Positions 1 through 12,085 of a stretch of DNA of 62,664 nucleotides are shown one piece after another; positions within the stretch are counted from its first letter, which is position 1; every line of letters starts with the position of its first letter. The translations under genes were made by a program, and so were the position numbers. The stretch is from contig NC_068995.1 in the NCBI RefSeq assembly GCF_001194135.2, positions 22,553,308-22,615,971 of the forward strand, in the 5' to 3' direction. The notes under the pieces are model-generated. The model was not told the DNA's origin. It saw only the letters and a list, made by a program, of their open reading frames with translations, and did not search any database. The DNA is from Octopus bimaculoides (lineage: Eukaryota).

Positions 1-379
1 CATGGATGTTACGAGGAAAAAAGGAAGAGAAAAAATTCCCTCCCTACCCCCACGGACACAAGCCCCTCCCTTTCCCCTGCAATCACCATACCTTCGCCCG
101 CTCCCTTCGACACTAACCCCGACCATCCCCCTACAGAAAAAACACACGCAGGCACACCTAACCCCCCAAACGTCCCTCCCTCCCCGATACATCACGGAAT
201 ACAACACGTCGAACACAGAACTAAAAATAGAAATTAAAAATTGTAAATCGGTTGAACTTCATAAAATAACAAAAGACATAAAAACACAAATATAGACTTT
301 ATAACCTTAGAAAAAGACGATTATCGTAACCTCAACAAATCCTTTCTGGAGGACGTTGGCCCTCTGGAGGATAAATTCA

Positions 380-1340
380 TTTTGGACTTATTAAAAGTTT
401 TTGTCAAGATACCACAGTCCACGGGCGAGGAGAAGGGGGAAAACCCACGTCACTGAGGTAAGGTCCCTTCTGTGTCTTCCCTTACGAGAAATTTATTTCT
501 CCATGCAAACCTGGAGTGGGAGGGGTGTTGCGGTCATACTCAGGAAAAGTTTGAATTTACATGTAAGAACAACCTTTGTTGACGCAGAAGGCAGGTTAGT
601 CGTCCTTGACATGACGCAGGGCCAATGGTAAGACCTTCAAGTTAGTGGCTGTCTATGCTCCTTGTAGAACTGGACAGTCAGACATTTTTCGAGGTCGAGA
701 GAATTCTCTAGGAACGTTACACACTTTAGCGTTGTTAGGAGCTTTTAACACAATTTGCGATGCACGCGTAGATTGTTGGCTCGAATCCTGATAGGAGGGT
801 AACTAATGCCTCAGCGATCTGCTCAGTCGTTTTCAGTTGATAGATCGATACACACTAGAATTCCTGGATGCGCCAGTATGGAGTTGTTCTAATGGCGATG
901 GGTCTTCTCGATCTTATTAAGATAGGCTTATTATTAGGTGTAAAGATAAAGACTTAGCCAGGTGTCCACAATTTCACTATGTTTGCTATAGTGATCACAA
1001 ATTGTTGACCTGTAGACTTCAGTTAGATAGGGTATGTAGACAGGGACCCGGCTACTGGAACTCAACAAGTTGGATTAGGCAATTAGTAATGAGGGCAGAA
1101 ACCGGATCCATTATTAATAACAAATGCTGGTGTGCCCTCAAAGGAGCCATAATGATTGAGTCTGTTAGGTTTAGTAAAGAGATATGATTTAAGAAGAATG
1201 GAATAGAAAGGGAGATAGTTAAGTCTCTAGAAGAGGCATTGAGGACTGGCAGTACTATACAGAATACCGAAAGGATCTTCACCTCTTACATCACACATTT
1301 CTTCCTACTTCAACGTCGAGATGGTATAATTTCCTGGGAG
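380..1340 (+). mobile_element. Tx1/L1-type LINE relic, apurinic endonuclease region, frameshifted
   Basis: ORF 401-631 has GRGVAVILRKSLNLHVRTTFVDAEGRLVVLD. Downstream frames give LVAVYAP and PGYWNS (GYWKLN-like), typical of Tx1/L1 APE domains. Confidence 0.7.
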
Positions 1341-1603
1341 AGAGATAATTTTGCGGCTGAGGATAGCTTTACATTGTAGATTATACACATATTATATTAT
1401 GTTATATTATATTATATTATACACATGTAGAGCTTGAAACACGTGTACCGCGGAATCCTTTGTAGTTTTGTTGTTATTTTTTTGTTTTGGATTTACAATT
1501 TATTCTTTCACCGCAACCACTAGCTGGAATACACAGGTGCTTACAATTGTCAAGTATTACCTCTAAATTTCAATTTACCTATATATATATATGTATATAT
1601 AAG

Positions 1604-1828
1604 TGTGTGTGTGTTTGTGTGTCTTTGTTTGCCCCCCCCCCCAACATTTCTCGACAACCGATGCTGGTGTGTTTAGGTCCCCGTAACTTAGCGATTCTGC
1701 AAATGCAAATGAAACCGGTAGAATAAGTACTAGGCTTGCAAAGAATAAGTCCTGTGGTTGATTTGCACGACTAACGGCGGTAGTCCAGCATGGCCGCAGT
1801 CAAATGACTAAAACAAGTAAAAGAATAT
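1604..1828 (+). mobile_element. tRNA-derived SINE family A, 3' half
   Basis: Matches the 3' half of the copy at 40314-40730 (GACAACCGATGCTGGTG...CCAGCATGGCCGCAGTCAAATGACT). Confidence 0.8.
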
Positions 1829-1872
1829 ATGTATATTTATTGTGGTACCTACTTAGATTAATATACTATTTT

Positions 1873-2250
1873 ATTTTTTTACGTGTTTCAGTCATTTGAC
1901 TGTGGCCATGCAGGAGCACCGCCTTCATTGGAGCAAATCGACCCCGGGACTTATTCTTTGTAAGCCTAGTACTTATTCTATCAGTTTCTTTTGCTGAACC
2001 GCTATGTTACGAGGACGTAAACACACCACCATCGGTTGTCAAGTGATGGTGGCGGAACAAACACAGGCACACAAACATATACACACATACATATATACGA
2101 CGAGCTTCTTTCAGTTTCCTTCTACCAAGTCCACGCACACAAGGCTTTGGTCGGCCCGAGACTATAGTGGAAGACACTTGCCCAAGTTGTCACGCAGTGG
2201 GACTGAACCCGGAACCATGTGGTTGGTAAGCGAGCTACTTACCACACAGC
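1873..2250 (-). mobile_element. tRNA-derived SINE family A, near full length
   Basis: Reverse complement has the head GCTGTGTGGTAAGTAGCT, B-box-like GGTTCAGTCCC, CORE-like CTTGGGCAAGTGTCTT, an internal TA/TG tract and the family tail. Confidence 0.85.
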
Positions 2251-3319
2251 TAATTCTGCATATGACTTTCTTTCAAACTTGTATACGTATATAAATTTAC
2301 AGAATAGATATTTTGGATTAACTTGATTTATTTCCTTCTATAAAGCTAAGTAAAACTCTGATACTGCATTCATTTATATATTATCATTATTATGTAAAAA
2401 ATTGGTATGATTTTATAATAATCGTAGCTCTATACATTTGTTTAACATCAGCATATTTGGTAGTAATGTATTGAGTGAATAAATTGTCGATTAAGAAATT
2501 TTTTATTGAATTTAGTGTCTGAATTAAATATATCCTTATTTATTTATCTTTTTCATCATATTATGTAGTAATTCTAAATAAAACACATATTTCCTACTCC
2601 ACTATACATTTTTAATATATCACATATTATATTGGTATGGATATTATTATATTATAAAATGGCCAGTGATTATTTTTGATTAAAATACTTTTTGATTAAA
2701 ATTATTGGAGATCCATAAGAACATTTTATGACCGTTGTAAATTTTCTTTTCTTAATCATTATATCCATTTGAATTTTGTTTTCCTTTTTATTGTATTTAT
2801 TATTTTATTTGAATTATTAACTGTCACGCTTCTAAACATAGGTATTTTTTGAATCAGTATTTTTTTGTAATTTCGCAGTCCTGACAGGGAATATCGTCTG
2901 TTTCATAACAAGGGCCTTCAATAGACTAGTATACATAGATGTGATTTTTTTTTATAAATTCACTAATATGAGTGGAAACAAATTGCTGCCTTTATATTTG
3001 CTTTTTTAAAAATTTGTTATGTTATATTATATCTTTTCGTAATATAGTATATTATTATATTATTGTGTTATATCATATCTCTCCATAATATATTATATTA
3101 TTTCATAATATATTATATTATATTATATTATATTATATTATATTATATTATAATATAGATATAGACAGATTTTTAGTTTATCAATTATATTTCTCTATTT
3201 CATTTAATATTTGTATATTGTACTCATACTCTTTTTTCTGTGGTATTAAACTGTTGTGCCAATGAGAAATGGATGTTTTACATCCCTCTGAAAGAATTGT
3301 CTTTTCCTTCGTTTGACTG

Positions 3320-3339
3320 ATATATATATATAAAGAAAG

Positions 3340-3421
<82 letters not shown>

Positions 3422-3471
3422 GGAGGGGTAGACAGACAAAATGAGAGACTGATAGGTAAATAGACAGATAT

Positions 3472-3515
<44 letters not shown>
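3320..3515. repeat. Compound (TA)n-(GA)n-(GATA)n microsatellite
   Basis: Directly visible. Confidence 0.95.
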
Positions 3516-3516
<1 letters not shown>

Positions 3517-3597
3517 CACGGAGACAGATATAAATGTAGATATATACATGAATATGTATATAAATATGCTTGTATATATATATAGCTATTAATTAGC

Positions 3598-4600
3598 CCA
3601 TGTCACCACCCGAGATATAGCAAAACAAATATCCCCTTCAACCTTGCAAGAAAGATTTGCACCAGAATACCAGAGAACTAAGATTGCAAGAGCTTAAAAA
3701 ATGTACTCCAGGACAGTCAACCCAACTCATAAATGAAGGAATTAAACGTGAAAAGTCAATTAATATTAAAACATTTAGTAAAGCCAAACACAGCAACACA
3801 TCTAACCATCAATACACTACTTTATATCTCCACATACAACCCCAGAAACAAAGAAGCATTCAATATCATCGTCCCAAATCTTCCAGTACTCCATAGGGAC
3901 CCCAAACTTAAAGAGATTCTACGTAATTATAAAATCATTAAGAGTAGCAAACAGTCTAAGACATTGAAGAAAATTCTCACCAATACCAAACTATTCGCTA
4001 GATCAACGGATGTAAGAGTCAAAAAATGCAGTCGCCCTATTTGTGGAACATGTCCCAATCTGTTGGAAGAATCGACATTTCATTTCAGACGAGACAAAAT
4101 ATTCCAGATCAAATCTAACTTCACTTGCGCCATCCAAAATCTCATTTACCAGGCTGCCATCTAAATCGTATTGGCCCAACAGACAATAAATTTCCTCCTC
4201 ACGATATCGCCAAACATACCTCAGTCAACAGATTGCCGAATGTGCAGAACGATTACAACCACAATTCGAAATTTTCCCATTTTATCAACTTGCTTTCGGA
4301 CATGAACACAAGTAAGACTGAATAAAGAAGCCTCGTTTACCCAAAAATATAAACCCGAATTAAATATGAAACTATATTAAAAATGAAGGACATCCCATCT
4401 AATGGAAGATGTAAGTCAGTATAAAGCAGAGACAGAAAAAAACAAAACAAAAAATTACAGATTAACCTCCCCTTTAATGCAAAATAAATGAGTAAACAAC
4501 CATCTCCCCTAGCAATTTCCCCCACCCCTAGCAATCTATCGCTTTCAAATCTCACTTTGAAGAGACATGTGAAACCGGTCCTTACTTCAATTGTGTTGAA
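3598..4600 (+). mobile_element. Penelope-like element: RT C-terminus, GIY-YIG endonuclease and 3' UTR, decayed
   Basis: HHPRYSKTNIPFNLARKIC at about 3603 (PLE RT thumb). CSRPICGTCP...NFTCAIQNLIY in ORF 3733-4164 precedes a GIY-YIG region ending YKPELN. Confidence 0.85.
4557..4580 (+). ncRNA. Degenerate minimal hammerhead ribozyme remnant in Penelope 3' UTR
   Basis: TTGAAGA-GACATGT-GAAACCGGTC. The core has C>T and stem II is collapsed; stem III is the palindrome ACCGGT. Confidence 0.35.
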
Positions 4601-4700
4601 AGAACAAAACCTTATTTTGTACAAAATTGCATAACATCTTTATTATCAAGTCTCTAATATACTCTTAAATCCTGTAAAACAAATATATATACATATATAT

Positions 4701-4732
<32 letters not shown>

Positions 4733-5150
4733 NNNNNNNNNNNNNNNNNNNNNNNNNNNNNNNNNNNNNNNNNNNNNNNNNNNNNNNNNNNNNNNNNNNN
4801 NNNNNNNNNNNNNNNNNNNNNNNNNNNNNNNNNNNNNNNNNNNNNNNNNNNNNNNNNNNNNNNNNNNNNNNNNNNNNNNNNNNNNNNNNNNNNNNNNNNN
4901 NNNNNNNNNNNNNNNNNNNNNNNNNNNNNNNNNNNNNNNNNNNNNNNNNNNNNNNNNNNNNNNNNNNNNNNNNNNNNNNNNNNNNNNNNNNNNNNNNNNN
5001 NNNNNNNNNNNNNNNNNNNNNNNNNNNNNNNNNNNNNNNNNNNNNNNNNNNNNNNNNNNNNNNNNNNNNNNNNNNNNNNNNNNNNNNNNNNNNNNNNNNN
5101 NNNNNNNNNNNNNNNNNNNNNNNNNNNNNNNNNNNNNNNNNNNNNNNNNN

Positions 5151-5187
<37 letters not shown>

Positions 5188-5890
5188 CGTTATAGATAAT
5201 AAACATGAAAATGCGTATGTATATAAGCCTTTTTCTTTATCCCCTAAAAATCAATATTTTTCTTCAGATTTCGTTCACGCTGCAAACATAACTTATGTTT
5301 CAGTGATGGTCATAGACTCTTCACATTTTCCACATAATGAGTAATGCAGTTTCTAGGGAATGAAAACACCTTCACATAGGTAAATAAGAAATACCAACAA
5401 TCGTTGCTTCAATGACGTAGTTATGCTACTTTCACTTCTTCTACTAAAGTTTTTACAATGCCCATTCATTGCAAACCACCGATATGTGCGCATTAGTACC
5501 TCCTTCAAGTAACCATTCAATTTGAATGAACTTTAAATCATTTTCTGAAACCATTCAGAAATTAACCCGTAGTAAATATATTATCTGCTTTTTCTCATAC
5601 AAAGTTGTGACAGTTATACTGCCTTGACAATGCAATTCACTGCAAACCGCTGATATTTGTACATTAGCACTTCCTTCAGGTAGCCATGCAATTTAAATTA
5701 ACTTCAAATATTTTTTTAAATGCTCTAAGTCAATGTTTAACCGCAATACCTTAAGGCTCAAACGTCTCAACCCTTGCTAAGGTCATTGCAACAATTTTCT
5801 GAACCCCGTCAACAAGCGGTAGCATGACAAACATCATTCAGGCATTCGACTAAACCTCCCCTATACATTCACTTTGCCGATAACCCTGCA

Positions 5891-6245
5891 ATGTCACTTA
5901 GGAGAAAGAGAGCTCGCCTTGGTGGACTGCCCCACGCTGCCGCCAAAGCCAGAAGATATTGGGATAACGAAACGCAAGAGCATAGGCCCCACAGACTGTC
6001 GCAGCAGGCTGCCTACGATGCCGCTACCTGTGGACTACACGCACCTGCAACTACAGCAACCGATAAGGCTTCAAGGTATGAAGAAAAACCTGTGGCCCGC
6101 CGAGCCCGTCATTTTGCTGCAACTGTTTCTGCCGCCAGGGCTACCGAGTCAACTCACTAACGGGCTATCCGGTTAGCGCGTCTTGCCAAACATGATTCAG
6201 CTGCAACAGCTGCAGACTCTCCGTAACAGCTTACATCTCGAAGGA
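5891..6245 (+). mobile_element. Helitron-like N-terminal repeat region (possible)
   Basis: ORF 5891-6160 and readthrough give repeated E-x-x-x-x-R-x-x-RL-like units (ETQEHRPHRL, EEKPVARRARH, ESTH*RAIRL), similar to Helitron Rep/Hel N-termini. No Rep or helicase motif was seen. Confidence 0.4.
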
Positions 6246-7571
6246 AGCGTAATACTGAAACGTCTGATGCTGCAAGGGATTCTTAGCATGCTCTGGCAGT
6301 TATTTTTGTACATGACAGTATTCCATTTGTGTGTTTGCTACAGATGTTTGCTTCTGTTTATTTGTTGTATTGAAGTAGAACACTCCTATTGGTTGGCTCT
6401 TAATGGACTGTTCCACAATATAAATGGACATACGCAGAGAGCCTTCAGAGTAGTATAAAGCCGAGACCTATTGCTGTTAAATCATTTGTGATTCCGTCGC
6501 AGATAAGTCTTGTTACCTTTTGTCGAAGGTTCTCCCTTGCGGGTTTGCATATAGAAGAAGTTGTTGAATACAGTTGCCGTTTTGCCTGCAGGCCTGTGTT
6601 TTATTCGTCTTCTTTCCCCGATTTTGGGGTGAAGAGACTCGGCAAAAATGAATTGTGAACTAGTACAAGCCCATACCGGGAGCTATGATTCGACGGCTGG
6701 AAGTCGTATCACCGCGACGGAAATAAAATTGTGTGTGGTNNNNNNNNNNNNNNNNNNNNNNNNNNNNNNNNNNNNNNNNNNNNNNNNNNNNNNNNNNNNN
6801 NNNNNNNNNNNNNNNNNNNNNNNNNNNNNNNNNNNNNNNNNNNNNNNNNNNNNNNNNNNNNNNNNNNNNNNNNNNNNNNNNNNNNNNNNNNNNNNNNNNN
6901 NNNNNNNNNNNNNNNNNNNNNNNNNNNNNNNNNNNNNNNNNNNNNNNNNNNNNNNNNNNNNNNNNNNNNNNNNNNNNNNNNNNNNNNNNNNNNNNNNNNN
7001 NNNNNNNNNNNNNNNNNNNNNNNNNNNNNNNNNNNNNNNNNNNNNNNNNNNNNNNNNNNNNNNNNNNNNNNNNNNNNNNNNNNNNNNNNNNNNNNNNNNN
7101 NNNNNNNNNNNNNNNNNNNNNNNNNNNNNNNNNNNNNNNNNNNNNNNNNNNNNNNNNNNNNNNNNNNNNNNNNNNNNNNNNNNNNNNNNNNNNNNNNNNN
7201 NNNNNNNNNNNNNNNNATTTCTTCCTAACATGTCGTAATTTTAGATACTTTTAGTTATATATTATAAATATTGCATATATATTTCCCTATAAAAATAACT
7301 GGTAATATTTTTCGACTTCATTGAAATTTTGAAGAATAAGTAACAAGAGAAAATTTTCGTTGTGCCATATTTTGTGGATGATTTTTGTGTCTGAAATTTA
7401 TAGCAAAAACTCTTTTACAGTATAACCTATAAATTGGAAAAAATTCTATAAAATATTAGAGCTCTCTCTGCTGACTACTTTTTGTAACGTTGACTTCTGC
7501 AGGTTTATGACATGCAGGTATCCAGGAGAATGTTTTGAGATATATTTTACTTTGAATAATATTCGCCTATG

Positions 7572-9827
7572 TAGTGATACCTCGCAGTACGAGTTTAATT
7601 CGATCACGACCGAGATCGTTTTACGATTTAATCTTTTTACGTATGAATTTTCCCCATTGAAATTAACTAAAATATAATTCATCCGTTCGCAAAAATAATT
7701 TTTTAAGGGTTTTAAAACAGAAATGGCGTAGTTAAAAGTAAAATGACAATTATAAAATGAGAATGCCAAAGAATTATGTAAAATGGTTATATTAACTGAA
7801 TTACTTTAAAGATGGGACGATTTGTACCCAAGGAAGACGGTAGAGGGGGGAGGGGGAGAATTACTGTTTCAAAGGAAAATCTCCTTCCATTAAGTCATCA
7901 GAAAGAATGATGTCTGGCATTTTCTCTCATTAGTAACATATCAAGAAAATTCTGCTTTTTCCTGCCTTACGAAAATGCGCCACAGCAGTTACATTAAATA
8001 AAGCCACTGCACGACCTGTAGCTACATGTTTAGGATGATATCTTTCTACAAATTCAAAAACATTCTGCCACTTTGCCAACACTGCCTTGTAGTGATAGTA
8101 TTCTCCGTTCTCCTTCGGGGAAACAATCTCTTCTACCGCATCCAGATGCTGCTCCTGACGCTGCAGGAGTTCATCTATCGTCAGCTCCGGTGAGTATTCT
8201 TTGATGAGATAGTTAATGCCCCCCCCCCATCAACCTCGAGGCCCATGGACTTGCCATGAGACACTATCGCGTTGACTGGAGGCGTCTCAGACTTAGTCCC
8301 CTTGAAGTATCTTTCGGATACGCTGTCAGTCCACACTTTCCTCCATGCAGAATTCAATGTTCTCCTCGTTACACTCTGTCAGGCCATATCGATTATTTTC
8401 ATGCAGTTTACAATGTTGTAGTTCCCGTCCAAAACTTATGAGGGGTTAGCTTTGTATTTTCGGTGACTTTAAAGCACCGACGAAAAAGGTGTTTGGTGTA
8501 CAATTTCTTAAAATTAGAAATTAGCTGTTGGTCCATGGGATGCAAGACAGTGGCGATATTTCGTAAAAGGTACAGAACTTTATAAATTTAAATTCGACCA
8601 GTATATCATCTTTGAAGTTACGAGGGTTAGCAGGAGCATTGTCGAGGATGAGGTGGGCATTGAAAGGAAGATTGTTCTCCAAAAGTTACTTTTTCGCTGC
8701 TGGTCCGAAGGCAAGTTTGACCGACTAGGAGAAGAATTAGCTGGTGACCCAGGCCATAACCTTTTGTTCTCCACATGACCTGCAGCTTCTCCTTCAGGTT
8801 TTCGTGAGACATGAACATTCGTGGGTTTTTGGAATAATCTTCAAGTTTCCACCCACATTGGCACACAGGACAAGAGTTAACCAATCTTTCATAAGCTTTT
8901 GGCTTGACATCTTCTCCTCTGCCGTTGTGTAGGTACTCATGGCCCTTTTCTTTTACCAAAAAGGTATTCGCAACAGGTATTCGCAGTTGAATACCTGTTG
9001 TGCGATTACCTCTCGGCGGCGATGAGCTGACGGAATTCACGCACGAAATCTTCAGCTGCTTTCGTGTCAGACCTCGCTGCTTCTCCATATCTATACCTGA
9101 CGACGCTATGAACAGCACTCCTCTTCTTGAAATTATCAAGCCAGCCACGAGTAGCCTTAAATCCTGATATATTCTCCGTCGATGTTCCAGGTTTCTGCTT
9201 CAGGAGATCCCCATACAGAACTCGTTCTTTCTTGCAAATGATGGTCCTTGTAATCGTTAGTTCTCGCTGATCCTCAGGAGCAGCAAGTTTTCCATCCTTT
9301 CGTGGGAAGATGTGCGTTGCTTAGAGAGCCTGGAGACAACCTTTTCTGTTGTAACGGCTTTGATCTCGTCATTTTTCTTCGCTACGGTGCAAACCATCGA
9401 CGTGCTTCTCTCGTATTGACGTGCTATGGCCAGTTCACGCACTCCTCTCTCATGTTTATCAATTATTTCCTTCTTCAATTCTATCGTAACCAGCTTTTCT
9501 TCTTCTCTGCACTGTTCTTTCCACTGATCTTCTAAGAACCCATGGCTAACACAACTAATTATTATAATATAATAGCAAAAAATGCAAAAACTAAATAACA
9601 ACACTGGGAAAAATACAACAGGGATGCAGCTACAACGAGATAACGTGTGAACTGTGTGAGCGGAGACTGCGCTTGCTGGGAGAGAGTGTTCGCGCTGAAG
9701 GCCGACGAGCGGTCGCTTGTATGAAATTCGCTCGTACTGCAGATTTCAAGTCAAAATTTCGCACGAGCCACGGCTCGTATAGCAAATTACTCGTACACTG
9801 GTGTACTCGTACTGCGAGGTTCTACTG
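7572..9827 (-). mobile_element. Tigger/pogo-family DNA transposon, full length, transposase disrupted
   Basis: TIRs at 7572-7594 (TAGTGATACCTCGCAGTACGAGT) and 9805-9827 (reverse complement CAGTAGAACCTCGCAGTACGAGT) share a perfect 16-bp core. ORF 9257-9604 has the CENP-B-like HTH TIELKKEIIDKHERGV. ORF 8627-9148 has FIASSG and YSKNPR, DDE_1-like motifs. Confidence 0.9.
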
Positions 9828-10144
9828 ACAGTGTTGACAAACAATTGACAAAATGGATGAATTTCTAAACAGGGATCAAGAATAAGGGATGAAAAGTAAT
9901 ATCTAGTGCATATTCTTTTGTTCTTATTATTTACAAACTTCAATGGACAACATATATCATTTGGCCTCATAAACTTACCAAATGTCCACATAAACTTATG
10001 AAATGTAGAAATGCCTTAGTAGCCTGTTGTTTGAAATTTTTAACGGCGAATCCTGAAATATAGCGCATTTATATATGTGAATACTCACTTAGAAACATGT
10101 ACATATTTATATGGATAGACAGGCAGATAGATACATTTATATCT

Positions 10145-10153
10145 AAAGAGATC

Positions 10154-10227
<74 letters not shown>

Positions 10228-10330
10228 TACACACATACATACATATGTGTGTGTGTTTGTGTGTATATATATATTTGTGTGTGTGTGTGTGTGCGTGTGT
10301 GTGGGTGGGTGTGTGTGTGTGTGCGCGTGC
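10145..10330. repeat. Compound (GATA)n-(GA)n-(TG)n microsatellite
   Basis: Directly visible. Confidence 0.95.
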
Positions 10331-10344
10331 ATATTGCATAGTCG

Positions 10345-10503
10345 GCTATATCAACCCCAGTTGCTTGACTGGTACTTAATTTATCGACCCCGAAAGGATG
10401 AAGGGCAAAGTGGACCTCGGCGAAATTTGATCTCTGAACGTGAAGACGGACCAAATGCCACTCAGCATTTTTCTCGGCATGCTGACAATTCTATTAGCTC
10501 ATC
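10345..10503 (-). mobile_element. tRNA-derived SINE family B
   Basis: Reverse complement contains GCCCTTCATCCTTTCGGGGTCGATAAATTAAGTACCAG, the conserved central domain shared by the other B copies. Confidence 0.8.
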
Positions 10504-10529
10504 GCAGGGTGAGAGCAACACTGAGAATG

Positions 10530-11950
10530 TTATCGCAGGGTGAAAGCAATACTGAGACCGAGCTGAACGCGAGAAACATGATCGAAGCGATCAATGCTCT
10601 AGCCATACCAGTCGTGACTTACAGTTTCAATATCGTTAACTGGTCAATTACTGAAATATGTAATGTTGACAGAAAAATACGAAAACTGTTGACAATGCAT
10701 AGAATGCACCACCCTAAGGCAGATATAGAACGTCTTTATCTGCCAAGAAAAGAGGGAGGCCGAGGACGTCTAGAGCTGGCATTTACAATGAAGTTAGCCA
10801 CAATTGGCCTAGACACCTATTTGAAAAACTCTGAGGACTGGATGCTAAAACTTGTCTCAAAACATGAAAGCAAGAAAGCATCTTACTCAGTAACAAAACA
10901 GGCAAAGAAATATCTAAGTGAATTCCAATTGTAAAAGATTCAAGAATTAGACGAACTAGAAACACCTGCAGAAAAAGCTAAGCGCTTGAAAACCCGTGCT
11001 AAAATTGCTGCCTTAGATGTTTTGACTGAAAAATGGCATGGAAAACCTCTCAATGGCAAATACCCAAAGAGAGTGAATAATGCAGATATTTTCAAAGCCC
11101 TTACCCATCAATGGCTAATGGCCTCTGGATTGAAATCAGAAACAGCGGGGTTTATCATAGCAGCCCAAGATCAATGCCTACCTACAAAGAACTACCAGGC
11201 CAACATATTAAAGAACGGCAGCTCCCCATTATGTGGGATATGCCAACAACAAAATGAGACCATCGATCATATTGTCTCCACGTGCAGTCTGCTTGCGCCT
11301 ACAGAGTATCTGAACAGGCATGATAGAGCTGCACAATATATTCACTGGGTAATATGCAAAAACTTGGACTTGCCCCATGATAAAAACTGGTGGGAACACA
11401 AACCACCCCCAGTACTTGAAAATGATCACATTGCACTCCTCTGGAACTTCACCATTCAAACTGACAGAAAGATAGACGCAAATAGGCCAGACATCATACT
11501 GAAATACTTCAGACAAAAATCATGCCTCCTCATTGATATGACTGTCCCAATCGATATAAACGTATCTGTCAAGACCTACCAAAAACTGAGCAAATATAAA
11601 GATCTTGAAATAGAAATCAGCAAAATGTGGAATNNNNNNNNNNNNNNNNNNNNNNNNNNNNNNNNNNNNNNNNNNNNNNNNNNNNNNNNNNNNNNNNNNN
11701 NNNNNNNNNNNNNNNNNNNNNNNNNNNNNNNNNNNNNNNNNNNNNNNNNNNNNNNNNNNNNNNNNNNNNNNNNNNNNNNNNNNNNNNNNNNNNNNNNNNN
11801 NNNNNNNNNAGAACAAAACTGTACAAATCGAAATATATGGTACCCTAGGCATAACACTTACATGAACTTCTAACTTGTTGTCTCTTGAGGTCTCTGGGTG
11901 AGACTTGGATCCAACTTGTACAAATACAAAACAAAAGTCAAACATAAATA
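10530..11950 (+). mobile_element. R4/Dong-clade non-LTR retrotransposon, 5'-truncated, young (RT thumb, CCHC knuckle, restriction-like endonuclease, 3' UTR, TAA tail)
   Basis: ORFs 10440-10934 and 10986-11873 are in the same frame, split by one TAA. Motifs: CGICQQQNETIDHIVSTC, RHD, RPDII, LIDMTVP, KLSKYKDL. The 3' UTR GAGGTCTCTGGGTGAGACTTGG ends CAAACATAAA then (TAA)n. Confidence 0.92.
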
Positions 11951-11996
11951 ATAATAATAATAATAATGATGATGATAATGATTATGATGATGATGG

Positions 11997-12079
<83 letters not shown>

Positions 12080-12085
12080 ATGATA
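11948..12085. repeat. (TAA)n grading into (GAT)n
   Basis: Directly visible. Confidence 0.95.

Noticed and set aside
2350-3050. Possible decayed Penelope on the minus strand
   Set aside because: The candidate motifs appear in inconsistent order within very AT-rich sequence.
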